Notes: generated from the sequence alone by a model not told the origin. DNA of 64,000 bases from a virus (IMGVR_UViG_3300037067_027616:160001-224000); one strand, 5' to 3'. Shown: positions 20,224-27,763, counted from the stretch's first letter. Program-made: numbers and translations.

Positions 20224-21111
20224 CTACAGGATGACGATTCTGACATCAGGTACTCCCGCAGGATCCGCCTCTATGACTGCGGCGATTAGTTTGGAGGTTT
20301 CCACCCACGGGTGTCTCATGAGGTAGTCTTCTCTCATGGTTTCCATCCTCGAGGGGTCGATGACGGCGGCGGACAGATACTGTCCAGGTTGCACGACAAC
20401 GGTTCTGCCGATGGTGGCTGTACGTATTTTTGTCCTCCAGGGGCATTCATGTATGTGTCCGGACAATACCATGTACGGCTGCTTTTCCTCAATCCATTCT
20501 TTGATGGCGTTTGACCCGACCTCGCGGCCATCTATGCACACATCCAACCCGACCAATTTGGGAGGGGAATGTATGGCTATTATCTCGTTCGGCTTCGCCT
20601 TTCTCGACCGCAAATCATCTTCGATGGTGCCTTTTTTTCGGAAGTATTCTTTCACATCTATTATGGGTACCAACCCGTGTTCGGTGTCTTCTGTGGGTAT
20701 CTGTATATACGATTCAGGTTTCCACCCCTTGTGGTCATACTTGCAGGCGGTCTTCAACCCGAACGGATAGTCAGGCACGTACGGGTATCCAGTAAACGTA
20801 AACCCCTCGAAATCGATGGGTTTCTCATCGATGAGATCCCCGCATCTTTCCCGGTAGAGGGGTTTGCGTGTCCACAAGTCATCATTGCCAAACATGGCCA
20901 TGAACTTTATGTCCTTATCTCCGCACTTCTTGATGAACCCCGGCAAGAATTTCTTTATGAATTCCTTCTGCCGCGGTTGCATGGAGTAACCTTTTGGGAG
21001 TATGTCGGCTCCCACGTGAAGGAGTTTTGCTCCTTCAGTTACGCATAAATCGAGAGCCTTTGCGTACTTCCCCTCATCCCCATGTAAATCTGTGGCATAA
21101 ACGAACTTCAT
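20224..21111 (-). CDS. Metallophosphoesterase (calcineurin-like)
   Basis: TDLHG, GAD, GNDD, HSPP, SGHIHE. Confidence 0.88.
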   Translation of the reverse strand: MKFVYATDLHGDEGKYAKALDLCVTEGAKLLHVGADILPKGYSMQPRQKEFIKKFLPGFIKKCGDKDIKFMAMFGNDDLWTRKPLYRERCGDLIDEKPIDFEGFTFTGYPYVPDYPFGLKTACKYDHKGWKPESYIQIPTEDTEHGLVPIIDVKEYFRKKGTIEDDLRSRKAKPNEIIAIHSPPKLVGLDVCIDGREVGSNAIKEWIEEKQPYMVLSGHIHECPWRTKIRTATIGRTVVVQPGQYLSAAVIDPSRMETMREDYLMRHPWVETSKLIAAVIEADPAGVPDVRIVIL

Positions 21112-21137
21112 TCGTCACCCCATTCAAAAGGTAAGAT

Positions 21138-21166
21138 AATATACTATTTTGAATATCTTTTGTCAC
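21138..21166 (-). promoter_or_regulatory. Possible internal promoter within tRNA block 1
   Basis: GTGACA-17-TATATT. Confidence 0.45.
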
Positions 21167-21175
21167 CTTGAATTT

Positions 21176-21254
21176 TGGTAGGATCGGTGAGATTTGAACT
21201 CACGACCAGCTGCTTATAAGGCAGCTGCTCATCACCAGGCTGAGCTACGATCCT
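21176..21254 (-). tRNA. tRNA-Ile(TAT)
   Basis: Loop CT-TAT-AA, CCA. Confidence 0.88.
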
Positions 21255-21303
21255 ACAAACCGGAGTGTGCTGACAATGAAGCATGTCCATACTTTGATAA
21301 TTG

Positions 21304-21376
21304 TGGAGCTGAGGGGGATCGAACCCCTGGCCTCGACATTGCGAACGTCGCGCTCTCCCAGCTGAGCTACAGCCCC
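21304..21376 (-). tRNA. tRNA-Ala(CGC)
   Basis: GGGGCTGTAGCTCAG, loop TT-CGC-AA; no encoded CCA. Confidence 0.92.
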
Positions 21377-21397
21377 GTATTAGATTCTTAAAATTTG

Positions 21398-21694
21398 TCA
21401 TGCGGCCCAAGGACGTATATCAGAAAGATCTTCCTGCCAAGGTCTGCAGTATCTTTTCTCCTGCATAGTCCTTTTGTCTTTGTTCCAACGACTTCTACGT
21501 GGGTTTCCGCAGGAAGAACAAGAACACAATTTGGTCGTGTTCCTTCTCAAGTAACCCCAACGTTCGAGAAGTTTCTTCTTCTGTTCTTCGGTACACCATG
21601 TCCACCGGTATGAACTGGTTTCACCGCGAGCACGTGCGTCACCTTTCCACTTTCCTACGAGGAAGCGTTCCCGGCGATTGCGGGGATGAGGCAT
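21398..21694 (-). CDS. Small basic Arg/Lys-rich protein with CSCxxCGNPR motif
   Basis: Strong SD (TAAGGAGG) inside a hairpin; upstream mini-ORF. Confidence 0.65.
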   Translation of the reverse strand: MPHPRNRRERFLVGKWKGDARARGETSSYRWTWCTEEQKKKLLERWGYLRRNTTKLCSCSSCGNPRRSRWNKDKRTMQEKRYCRPWQEDLSDIRPWAA

Positions 21695-21797
21695 CAGTAA
21701 CCTCCTTATGAGTTAAATACTGATTGCCATCATTTTACCCCTTTGTTGGAAAAGTGATTACACTATCATCTTTTAAAAATGAGTAGATGATTAATTT

Positions 21798-21873
21798 TGG
21801 TGGAGCTGGCGAGGGTCGAACTCACTACCTCCTCGTAGCCAACGAGGCGCTCTCCCAATTGAGCTACAGCCCC
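21798..21873 (-). tRNA. tRNA-Ala(GGC)
   Basis: Loop TT-GGC-TA, CCA. Confidence 0.92.
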
Positions 21874-22020
21874 ACATTGATAATATACTATCAAAAACAT
21901 TGAAATGGACTGCGGTCTCCGGTTCGCCTATGGGAGCCACCTGTGCTTGATAACGGGAGAGGTGGGCGCCCACGTCACCGCCATTCCGGTTCACACGATA
22001 CCCGCAGTCCATTTTTGTTT

Positions 22021-22098
22021 TGGAGCCAACGACTGGACTCGAACCAGCAACCCCCGCATTACGAATGCGGTGCTCTACCAAATTGAAGCTACGTTGGC
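22021..22098 (-). tRNA. tRNA-Thr(CGT)
   Basis: Loop TT-CGT-AA, CCA. Confidence 0.92.
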
Positions 22099-22099
22099 A

Positions 22100-22176
22100 T
22101 GGTGGGCGACAGAGGGCTCGAACCTCTGATCTCCGCGATGTGGACGCGGCGCCTTAGCCGACTGGGCCAGTCGCCC
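22100..22176 (-). tRNA. tRNA-Val(CAC)
   Basis: Loop TC-CAC-AT (C33), CCA. Confidence 0.88.
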
Positions 22177-22186
22177 CTGAAGATTG

Positions 22187-22275
22187 TGGTGGGAGGTGAT
22201 GGAGTCGAACCACCCGAGCCCGTTAAAGGCAACAGCTCTACAGGCTGTCCCGCTACCCCTACGGTATAACCTCCC
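22187..22275 (-). tRNA. tRNA-Tyr(GTA)
   Basis: Loop CT-GTA-GA, long variable arm, CCA. Confidence 0.92.
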
Positions 22276-22286
22276 ATAAATAAAAA

Positions 22287-22492
22287 GGGGACACTCCCGT
22301 AATTGGACTTCTGTTCTATGGCCACATTTGACTGAGCCCGAGACCCGTCCATTGTAGCCCTGCTCACCGGCTAGGACTGTTTTCGGTTGCTACCGAGGAA
22401 GTGCGGGCGACCTTGCGATCTCCTTCCACGAGCAGTGTAGGTCCAATTTCCTCACCGGACTGACGTCCGGCGCGTGACCTCGGAGTGTCCCC
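22287..22492 (-). ncRNA. rnpB: Minimal RNase P RNA-like gene (~206 nt)
   Basis: P1 GGGGACACTCC/GGAGTGTCCCC; P2 GGTCAC/GTGGCC; GAGGAAATTGGAC and AGAACAGAAGTCCAATTAC form the P4 pseudoknot; GAGCAG. Confidence 0.8.
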
Positions 22493-22497
22493 GGGAT

Positions 22498-22583
22498 TGG
22501 TGCTCAAGGAGAGACTTGAACTCTCACGAAGTTTCCCTCGGTGGGTTTTGAGTCCACTGGGTCTGCCATTCCCCCACTTGAGC
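22498..22583 (-). tRNA. tRNA-Leu(CAA)
   Basis: Loop CT-CAA-AA, CCA. Confidence 0.92.
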
Positions 22584-22627
22584 ATGTTCATAATTTCACG
22601 AATGTTCACGTAAACGTGAACAAAAAT

Positions 22628-22711
22628 TGGTGCGGCTGACTGGATTTGAACCAGCAAGGCGTTTGCCATAACGTTCTTAGCGTTACGTGTATGCCATTCC
22701 ACCACAGCCGC
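22628..22711 (-). tRNA. tRNA-Leu(AAG)
   Basis: Loop CT-AAG-AA, Leu-type D arm and variable arm, CCA. Confidence 0.88.
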
Positions 22712-22718
22712 ATATTTA

Positions 22719-22874
22719 TAAGATCCGCGTCCGAGTCGATGGGGCGTCTTCTTTCGAAGACTGATTAACCATCAGTTGCTCCACCCTGGAGCATACTCCC
22801 CATAAGTGGGGAGTCGTGGGATCGAACCACGCATACACGGAATGTACGCCCTCTCATGGAGGACGCGGATCTTA
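22719..22874 (-). ncRNA. Circularly permuted tRNA-like RNA 1 (YrlA/Y-RNA-like), GTT loop
   Basis: Order is T arm, acceptor 3' strand, short linker, acceptor 5' strand, D arm, anticodon arm, inside a long terminal stem. Confidence 0.8.
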
Positions 22875-22882
22875 ATTTCAGT

Positions 22883-23042
22883 AGGACACCGTCCGAGTCG
22901 ATGGAGCGTCATCGTCAGATGATGGTTTAGAGACCATTGCGTTTACCATTTCGCCATCCCGGCATTGGTGCCGGGGCCAGGATTTGAACCTGGAGTTGCC
23001 TTTCGGCTTAAATGTACGCTTCGTCCTGGAGGACGGTGTCCT
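22883..23042 (-). ncRNA. Circularly permuted tRNA-like RNA 2 (Leu-like body, CTCTAA loop)
   Basis: CCAGG-TTCAAAT-CCTGG-CCCCGGC-ACCA-AT-GCCGGGATGGCGAAATGGTAAACGC; same conserved flanks as units 1 and 3. Confidence 0.8.
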
Positions 23043-23048
23043 TTTTCT

Positions 23049-23134
23049 TGGTGCGGATGAAAGGATTTGAACCTTCATGGGTGTTAGCCCACTAGCGCCT
23101 GAAACTAGCGTGTCTGCCTTTCCACCACATCCGC
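23049..23134 (-). tRNA. tRNA-Leu(CAG)
   Basis: Loop TT-CAG-GC, CCA. Confidence 0.92.
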
Positions 23135-23144
23135 GCATCTTAAT

Positions 23145-23293
23145 GGGATCCCCGCCTGAGTCGACGGAGCAAGTGACGCATTTTGACTGTTTTACTGACA
23201 GTTGCCTTACCATTTGGCTATTCCCCCATATAAGGGGGAATCAGGAGTTGAACCTGAAGAGTGTATGCTTTCATCATGGAAGGCGAGGATCCC
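23145..23293 (-). ncRNA. Circularly permuted tRNA-like RNA 3 (GTA loop)
   Basis: TCAGG-TTCAACT-CCTGA-TTCCCCC-ttatat-GGGGGAATAGCCAAATGGTAAGGCA-ACTGT-CAGTAAA-ACAGT; conserved flanks. Confidence 0.8.
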
Positions 23294-23302
23294 TAACTTG
23301 TT

Positions 23303-23380
23303 TGGGGTGACCGGCGAGACTCGAACTCGTAACCGCTGGATTCACAATCCAGTGCTCTGACCAATTGAGCTACGGCCACC
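23303..23380 (-). tRNA. tRNA-His(GTG)
   Basis: G-1:C73, loop TT-GTG-AA, CCA. Confidence 0.93.
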
Positions 23381-23392
23381 ATAATTCTCCTT

Positions 23393-23466
23393 TGGAGCTG
23401 GCGCCCAGATTTGAACTGAGGATGAAGGTTTTGCGGACCTTTGCCTTTCCACTTGGCTACGCCAGC
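23393..23466 (-). tRNA. tRNA-Cys(GCA)
   Basis: Loop CC-GCA-AA (C33), U73, CCA. Confidence 0.9.
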
Positions 23467-23624
23467 ATAAGGTAACAAGGAGGAGGGAACGGGCCGGGGA
23501 GCACCGCCCCCACCCCTTGATGCTATTGACATGACTGCGTCCCGCATCAGCGGGCGCATTCATCATGTGCTTCATGCAAACAATCCGTATTTTCAATGAA
23601 CCAGAAACCACAAACAACTCCGTA

Positions 23625-23671
23625 AAAACTTAAAGGCCCCCGTCCGAATCTCTCCGGGCGGGGGCCTTCTG
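23625..23671 (-). terminator. Attenuator terminator of tRNA block 1
   Basis: AAGGCCCCCGCCCGGA-gaga-TTCGGACGGGGGCCTTT followed by AAGTTTTT. Confidence 0.85.
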
Positions 23672-23690
23672 GTTTTCGCTATGGGCTTGT

Positions 23691-23813
23691 TCAGCCCTTC
23701 AGAAGTCCCCCGCCGTAACTATCCCACGTGAGGTGCAAATACGACAGTCGGCATGCGGCTATCGCTTGCACGTTTGTGGATGATCCGGTTAGTAAGGACT
23801 CTCTGCGTTTCAT
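23691..23813 (-). CDS. Leader peptide 1 (MKRRESLLTGSSTNVQAIAACRLSYLHLTWDSYGGGLLKG)
   Basis: AGGAG SD; lies between promoter and terminator; 3' end holds the antiterminator strand; contains the exact codon for all 20 downstream tRNAs. Confidence 0.88.
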   Translation of the reverse strand: MKRRESLLTGSSTNVQAIAACRLSYLHLTWDSYGGGLLKG

Positions 23814-23835
23814 TTGAAAACTCCTGATGGCTCCA

Positions 23836-23864
23836 AATATACCACACAAAAATGGTTTTGTCAA
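23836..23864 (-). promoter_or_regulatory. Promoter of tRNA block 1
   Basis: TTGACA-17-TATATT with extended -10 TG. Confidence 0.88.
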
Positions 23865-24104
23865 CCTGTTTCTTCCAAAGGCCTTTGGGACAGCGGGAAC
23901 AGCCTCTCATCCACCTGCTTTACGAGGCTCCAAAGTGATGGACACTCCGGCCCATCACCGTAGGTGCTTATGTACTGCCGGATGTACGCACGGGCGTTTT
24001 CAAGTTGCTCGCGGGTCATGCACCCTGTGGTCGTGGACACCGCCTTGGTGAACGCTGTTTCCTTCTCGCTCAACTGCTCGGTGACATCGTCCATAGGGTC
24101 TCCT

Positions 24105-24557
24105 TTACCAGGTGACTACGAACGGCCCGAAATGGAAACCTTTGCACCATTTACAGGCGTACCCATCTCCTTTGAAAGGCACCGGCCGCGTGACAAGGAA
24201 AAGGCTGAAACGCCAGTCGAAAGGCACGATCTGCAGGCCGATGTCATCGACTTTGTCATACAGCTTCCACCACCATTTCTTTTCGCGCTCCGTGCGCTCC
24301 GCCTCGTGCTTTTCGTACTCCGGGTCAGGCTCATACACTTTTTCCTCATCCGCCTCAAGCCCGAACACTACTTTCAATACGTCATCCCGCTCTTCATCCG
24401 GAAAATCAAAACAAATACCCGCGCTGTCATCATCACCTTTTTTCAGCAATTTCCATATGCAACAACCGACACCGTCCGGGTAGCGTATTTTCTCACCCCG
24501 ATACTCGTTTGATCTCACCATGGTCGTCCCCCTTTTGTATCGGGATAAACTAATCAA
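24105..24557 (-). CDS. Hypothetical protein
   Basis: ORF in the co-directional run. Confidence 0.5.
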   Translation of the reverse strand: MISLSRYKRGTTMVRSNEYRGEKIRYPDGVGCCIWKLLKKGDDDSAGICFDFPDEERDDVLKVVFGLEADEEKVYEPDPEYEKHEAERTEREKKWWWKLYDKVDDIGLQIVPFDWRFSLFLVTRPVPFKGDGYACKWCKGFHFGPFVVTW

Positions 24558-24561
24558 GACA

Positions 24562-25224
24562 TTATTGCGAGGGACTATAGATTCCTTTGTCCACTATGAA
24601 AGCGAGAACCATACTCGAGAGTCCTGCTTTCAGTATCCCCGGCACGGGGGTGGTCCTGTCCTTCCACGTATGCAATGCCTCGCGTGCTTTCGTGGATGAC
24701 ATGTCGGGTGTGGCCAGGCCCTCCAGATACCTGTGACCACCGGTGGTGTACCATGCCCCGGGGATGTGAACGTATCCCGGCCGTGGCACAACGATAAACG
24801 ATGCGAAGATCCGCAGTTCCTCAAAGTGCTTCCACCTGCCAAAATCGAGGGCATTGTCCAAGCCTATGACGAATTTGAAGGTCACATCTTCGTAGTCGCC
24901 GGCGAGGTTCATGGCCGTCTTCATGGTGCTGCCGTCATCCCAACAGGACCACCGTTTGGCGACTTCAAACTCGAAGTCGCTGACGATTATGCGCTTCTCT
25001 CCTTCAGGCACGGCGAGTGTACACAATTTCACCCGTTCGGAGAAGTCTGTCATGACCTTGCCGAAACAATGATCGATGCACGGCATCAGCCATACCTCAT
25101 CCACCTTGAGTGTCGGGTTGTTGAGTATCCCCAAGGCAACATCGATGTGTCCCGTGGTCGGCGGGTCGAAAGATCCCCCGAACACAGCCACCACCTTGGT
25201 CGGTTTTTTATCCGTGACGGTCAT
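24562..25224 (-). CDS. nadD: Nicotinate-nucleotide adenylyltransferase
   Basis: VFGGSFDPPTTGH, VWLMP, VIGLDN...W, VPRPGY, MSST. Confidence 0.88.
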   Translation of the reverse strand: MTVTDKKPTKVVAVFGGSFDPPTTGHIDVALGILNNPTLKVDEVWLMPCIDHCFGKVMTDFSERVKLCTLAVPEGEKRIIVSDFEFEVAKRWSCWDDGSTMKTAMNLAGDYEDVTFKFVIGLDNALDFGRWKHFEELRIFASFIVVPRPGYVHIPGAWYTTGGHRYLEGLATPDMSSTKAREALHTWKDRTTPVPGILKAGLSSMVLAFIVDKGIYSPSQ

Positions 25225-26084
25225 TCACTCTCCTCAAAGTGGTGGATATTGTAGATTGTGAAGTCGAAAACCGTGTGGTTAAAAAGGGCAAACCGCACGA
25301 AGAATTGAGGATTGTGATCCCCTTTGAACCAACTGAAGTTTACATCAGCGTTTATTACGGTAAGTCCGTCTTTGAAGGAACGGTATTGATAGAACACGCA
25401 CAAATCCATGGCGTAGTTTTTGCCAAGTTTTATACTGAATCCTGTCATGATTGTTACTCCTTATCTCCTTTGAAGAAGCCCATCTTTCTCTTCTTCGCTG
25501 GACGCCATTCCTTGAGGAAGCTTACGAATCTCACTATGGTCTCGAAGGCGATAATCACGGAAACAACAATGTTCAACGCCGTCACGAAAACATTTAGGGC
25601 GTTACCCATCCGTATACCTTGTCGACTGCCAGAAAACGACTTGGTCATAGATCTCCTGTGGTCACCACAGGAATATACCAAACTTAACGGCAAAATTACT
25701 TAAAATTTTAGCGGCACCGTGTTATTTGACACGGATTCGTAGAGATGTTTGGCACGCAGATATGCTTCACGGGATACGGGCTTGGGATTGCCAAGGCTCT
25801 CGATGAACCTCTTGGCATCCCGTCCCGTAAGGGTGGGTGTGGGTTTTGGTAGGGTTTCCAACACCTTTTTGAGTTCAAGGTTCACAGGGGTACTCCGGTA
25901 GGTTCCTTGTGGTCATGGACGCGCTGTAGCTTCACTACAGTCTCCTTGGGAAGAGAGGTGGTGTCCAGATACCCTTGGGCTATTTGACGTGCCTGGAGGT
26001 TGTCTAGGGCCTCGTAGGGGATTTTAATGACCAATTGGTATTGGTATAGTTCGAGTTTGTCGGGCATGTGGACACCTTTCAAAA

Positions 26085-26177
26085 TGGCGGAGGGTGAAGG
26101 ATTTGAACCTTCGGTAGAGCTTTTGGCCCTACAGACGTTTAGCAAACGCCCGCTTTAGACCTCTCAGCCAACCCTCC
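26085..26177 (-). tRNA. tRNA-Ser(GCT)
   Basis: Loop TT-GCT-AA, long variable arm, CCA. Confidence 0.93.
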
Positions 26178-26180
26178 GTT

Positions 26181-26269
26181 TGGTAGGTCCGGGTGGAATT
26201 GAACCACCGTTTACCTTTCGGCCCCTTGCGTATCAGACAAGTGCTCTAACCGGGCTGAGCTACGGACCT
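26181..26269 (-). tRNA. tRNA-Ile(GAT) with an unusual long variable arm
   Basis: Loop CT-GAT-AC; GCC-GAAA-GGT extra arm; CCA. Confidence 0.85.
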
Positions 26270-26276
26270 GCATATA

Positions 26277-26369
26277 TGGTAGCGGGGGCAAGATTCGAAC
26301 TTGCGACCTCCGTTAGGAAGTTCTGGCTTATGAGGCCAGTGACTTAGACCTGCTCTAGTCTACCCCGCA
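26277..26369 (-). tRNA. tRNA-Met(CAT), initiator-like acceptor, long variable arm
   Basis: T1:T72 mismatch, GCGGGG stem, loop CT-CAT-AA, CCA. Confidence 0.82.
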
Positions 26370-26375
26370 ATGTAT

Positions 26376-26747
26376 TCATCTCAACTCTATTTTTGCCCCG
26401 ACCTCCTCGAACCTCGTTTTGAGAGCCTCGGCCTCCGCTTTCGCGAGTCCGTCCTTTATCACCGCTCCTGGCACCGTGTTCTTGCCGGCGTCCATCAAAC
26501 TTGCTCCGGTCACCTCACGGAGTATCTTGATGACTTGGATGCGTTTTTCTCCGACCTCTGACAATACTACCGAGAACTCTGTCTGTTCCTCGACCACCGG
26601 CGCCGTGTTTACCTGTGGCACCATCGGTGTAATCACATCCGAAGCCTTCACCCCAAATTTTTCTTCAAGCGCCCGGGTGAGTTCGACAAGTTCCATCACG
26701 GTCATCGACCCGAAGGCTTCAAGCAGCTGCTCGTTTGTATAAGACAT
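26376..26747 (-). CDS. rplL: Ribosomal protein bL12 (L7/L12)
   Basis: MTVMELVEL..ALEEKFGV.A, EEQTEFSVVL, IQVIK..RE.TG, GAKIEL. Confidence 0.92.
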   Translation of the reverse strand: MSYTNEQLLEAFGSMTVMELVELTRALEEKFGVKASDVITPMVPQVNTAPVVEEQTEFSVVLSEVGEKRIQVIKILREVTGASLMDAGKNTVPGAVIKDGLAKAEAEALKTRFEEVGAKIELR

Positions 26748-26771
26748 GTCTATCTCCTGTCTTTGAATGTC

Positions 26772-26850
26772 TGGTACCGGAAGCCGGGGTCGAACCGGCG
26801 ACAGACCTGCCGTATGAGAGCAGCGCTCTACCACGCTGAGCTATTCCGGT
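26772..26850 (-). tRNA. tRNA-Met(CAT), elongator-like
   Basis: Loop CT-CAT-AC, CCA. Confidence 0.85.
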
Positions 26851-26857
26851 ATAACTT

Positions 26858-27226
26858 TTACTGCAAAACTTTCAGCTTGTATTTCTTCACCAATCCTTCT
26901 ATTTCTTTTTGATCCGAGTTTATCCACAAGAAATGCTCCGGACTCGTCATCGTCCTGAAACCTGTTTCCAAGTACCATTTCCAATTTTCGAAGCCCCTCC
27001 GATGGATGAACACACAAAGAGATCCAGGTAACAGCTTCATTACATCCTCAAAAGACATTTGAACAGTTTGTCTTTGATATGACTTTTTGCAATCTAACGT
27101 ATCCACCCACCAATGAAAAGATTTTTCCTTTGCCTCACGAAGAAGACTTTCCTGTCTTTTCAAAGAAAGCCTCTGAATATCGTAAAAAACATCAGGACTG
27201 TGGATCATTTTCTCCGTGCTTTCCAC
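26858..27226 (-). CDS. Hypothetical protein
   Basis: ORF in the co-directional run. Confidence 0.5.
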   Translation of the reverse strand: MESTEKMIHSPDVFYDIQRLSLKRQESLLREAKEKSFHWWVDTLDCKKSYQRQTVQMSFEDVMKLLPGSLCVFIHRRGFENWKWYLETGFRTMTSPEHFLWINSDQKEIEGLVKKYKLKVLQ

Positions 27227-27462
27227 AACGGGTCAGGATCGTATGACTCCATCACCCCGTTTCTCCAATAATAACTTGTCCAAGGTTCCCATTTCCACCG
27301 ATAATCGCAGATATCCCAAGGATTGAAATATCTGCGGTACGCATTACCGTTTGGAACATCTTCCGTGTTTCTGACGATACGGTTGGCGTACCTCTTCATC
27401 CAACGCTTGCGTGCGGTACCATACCCATCGACAGTCCACGGCTCCCTGTAGGAACGTGACAT
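27205..27462 (-). CDS. Small basic Trp/Arg-rich protein (MSRSYR...WDICDY)
   Basis: AAGGAG SD inside a hairpin with an upstream amber-containing mini-ORF. Confidence 0.65.
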   Translation of the reverse strand: MSRSYREPWTVDGYGTARKRWMKRYANRIVRNTEDVPNGNAYRRYFNPWDICDYRWKWEPWTSYYWRNGVMESYDPDPLWKARRK

Positions 27463-27527
27463 GCTCCAGCTCCTTTGTTAAGGTAACTAATGCATGTGTT
27501 CCCCCTTTTCTTTTGTTTGACGTGTGT

Positions 27528-27743
27528 TCATGCCGCTTCTACCATTTCCTCACGGTACTTCCTGATGTACCGCATAAGATAAATAGCTTTGTCATCACGT
27601 AGGAAAGTGGCATTGCCCACATCGCTGATCGGTACCGGGAACAGAAAACCTGAGTCCGTTTTGTACCACAGTTCATTGTCCCTGTAGTACTGGAAGTGGG
27701 CTTTCTGCTCCTTCACCAGGTCAATCAGCTTCGGCGTGGACAC
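27528..27743 (-). CDS. Small hypothetical phage protein
   Basis: Compact ORF with SD. Confidence 0.55.
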   Translation of the reverse strand: MSTPKLIDLVKEQKAHFQYYRDNELWYKTDSGFLFPVPISDVGNATFLRDDKAIYLMRYIRKYREEMVEAA

Positions 27744-27763
27744 CTGACACCTTCCTTTCTATT

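Noticed and set aside
21798-21873. tmRNA ends (GGGGCTG...CTCCACCA)
   Set aside because: The ends are only 76 nt apart and enclose a normal GGC anticodon arm, so this is tRNA-Ala.
22719-23293. CRISPR array or simple direct repeat
   Set aside because: The shared segments are short, degenerate and base-paired within each unit, and the interiors are tRNA-like. No cas genes or regular repeat-spacer pattern were seen in the window.
21791-23617. ORF-track calls overlapping tRNA, RNase P and permuted RNA genes
   Set aside because: These are chance open frames across structured RNA genes. The same applies to the many antisense shadow ORFs over recognised CDSs.
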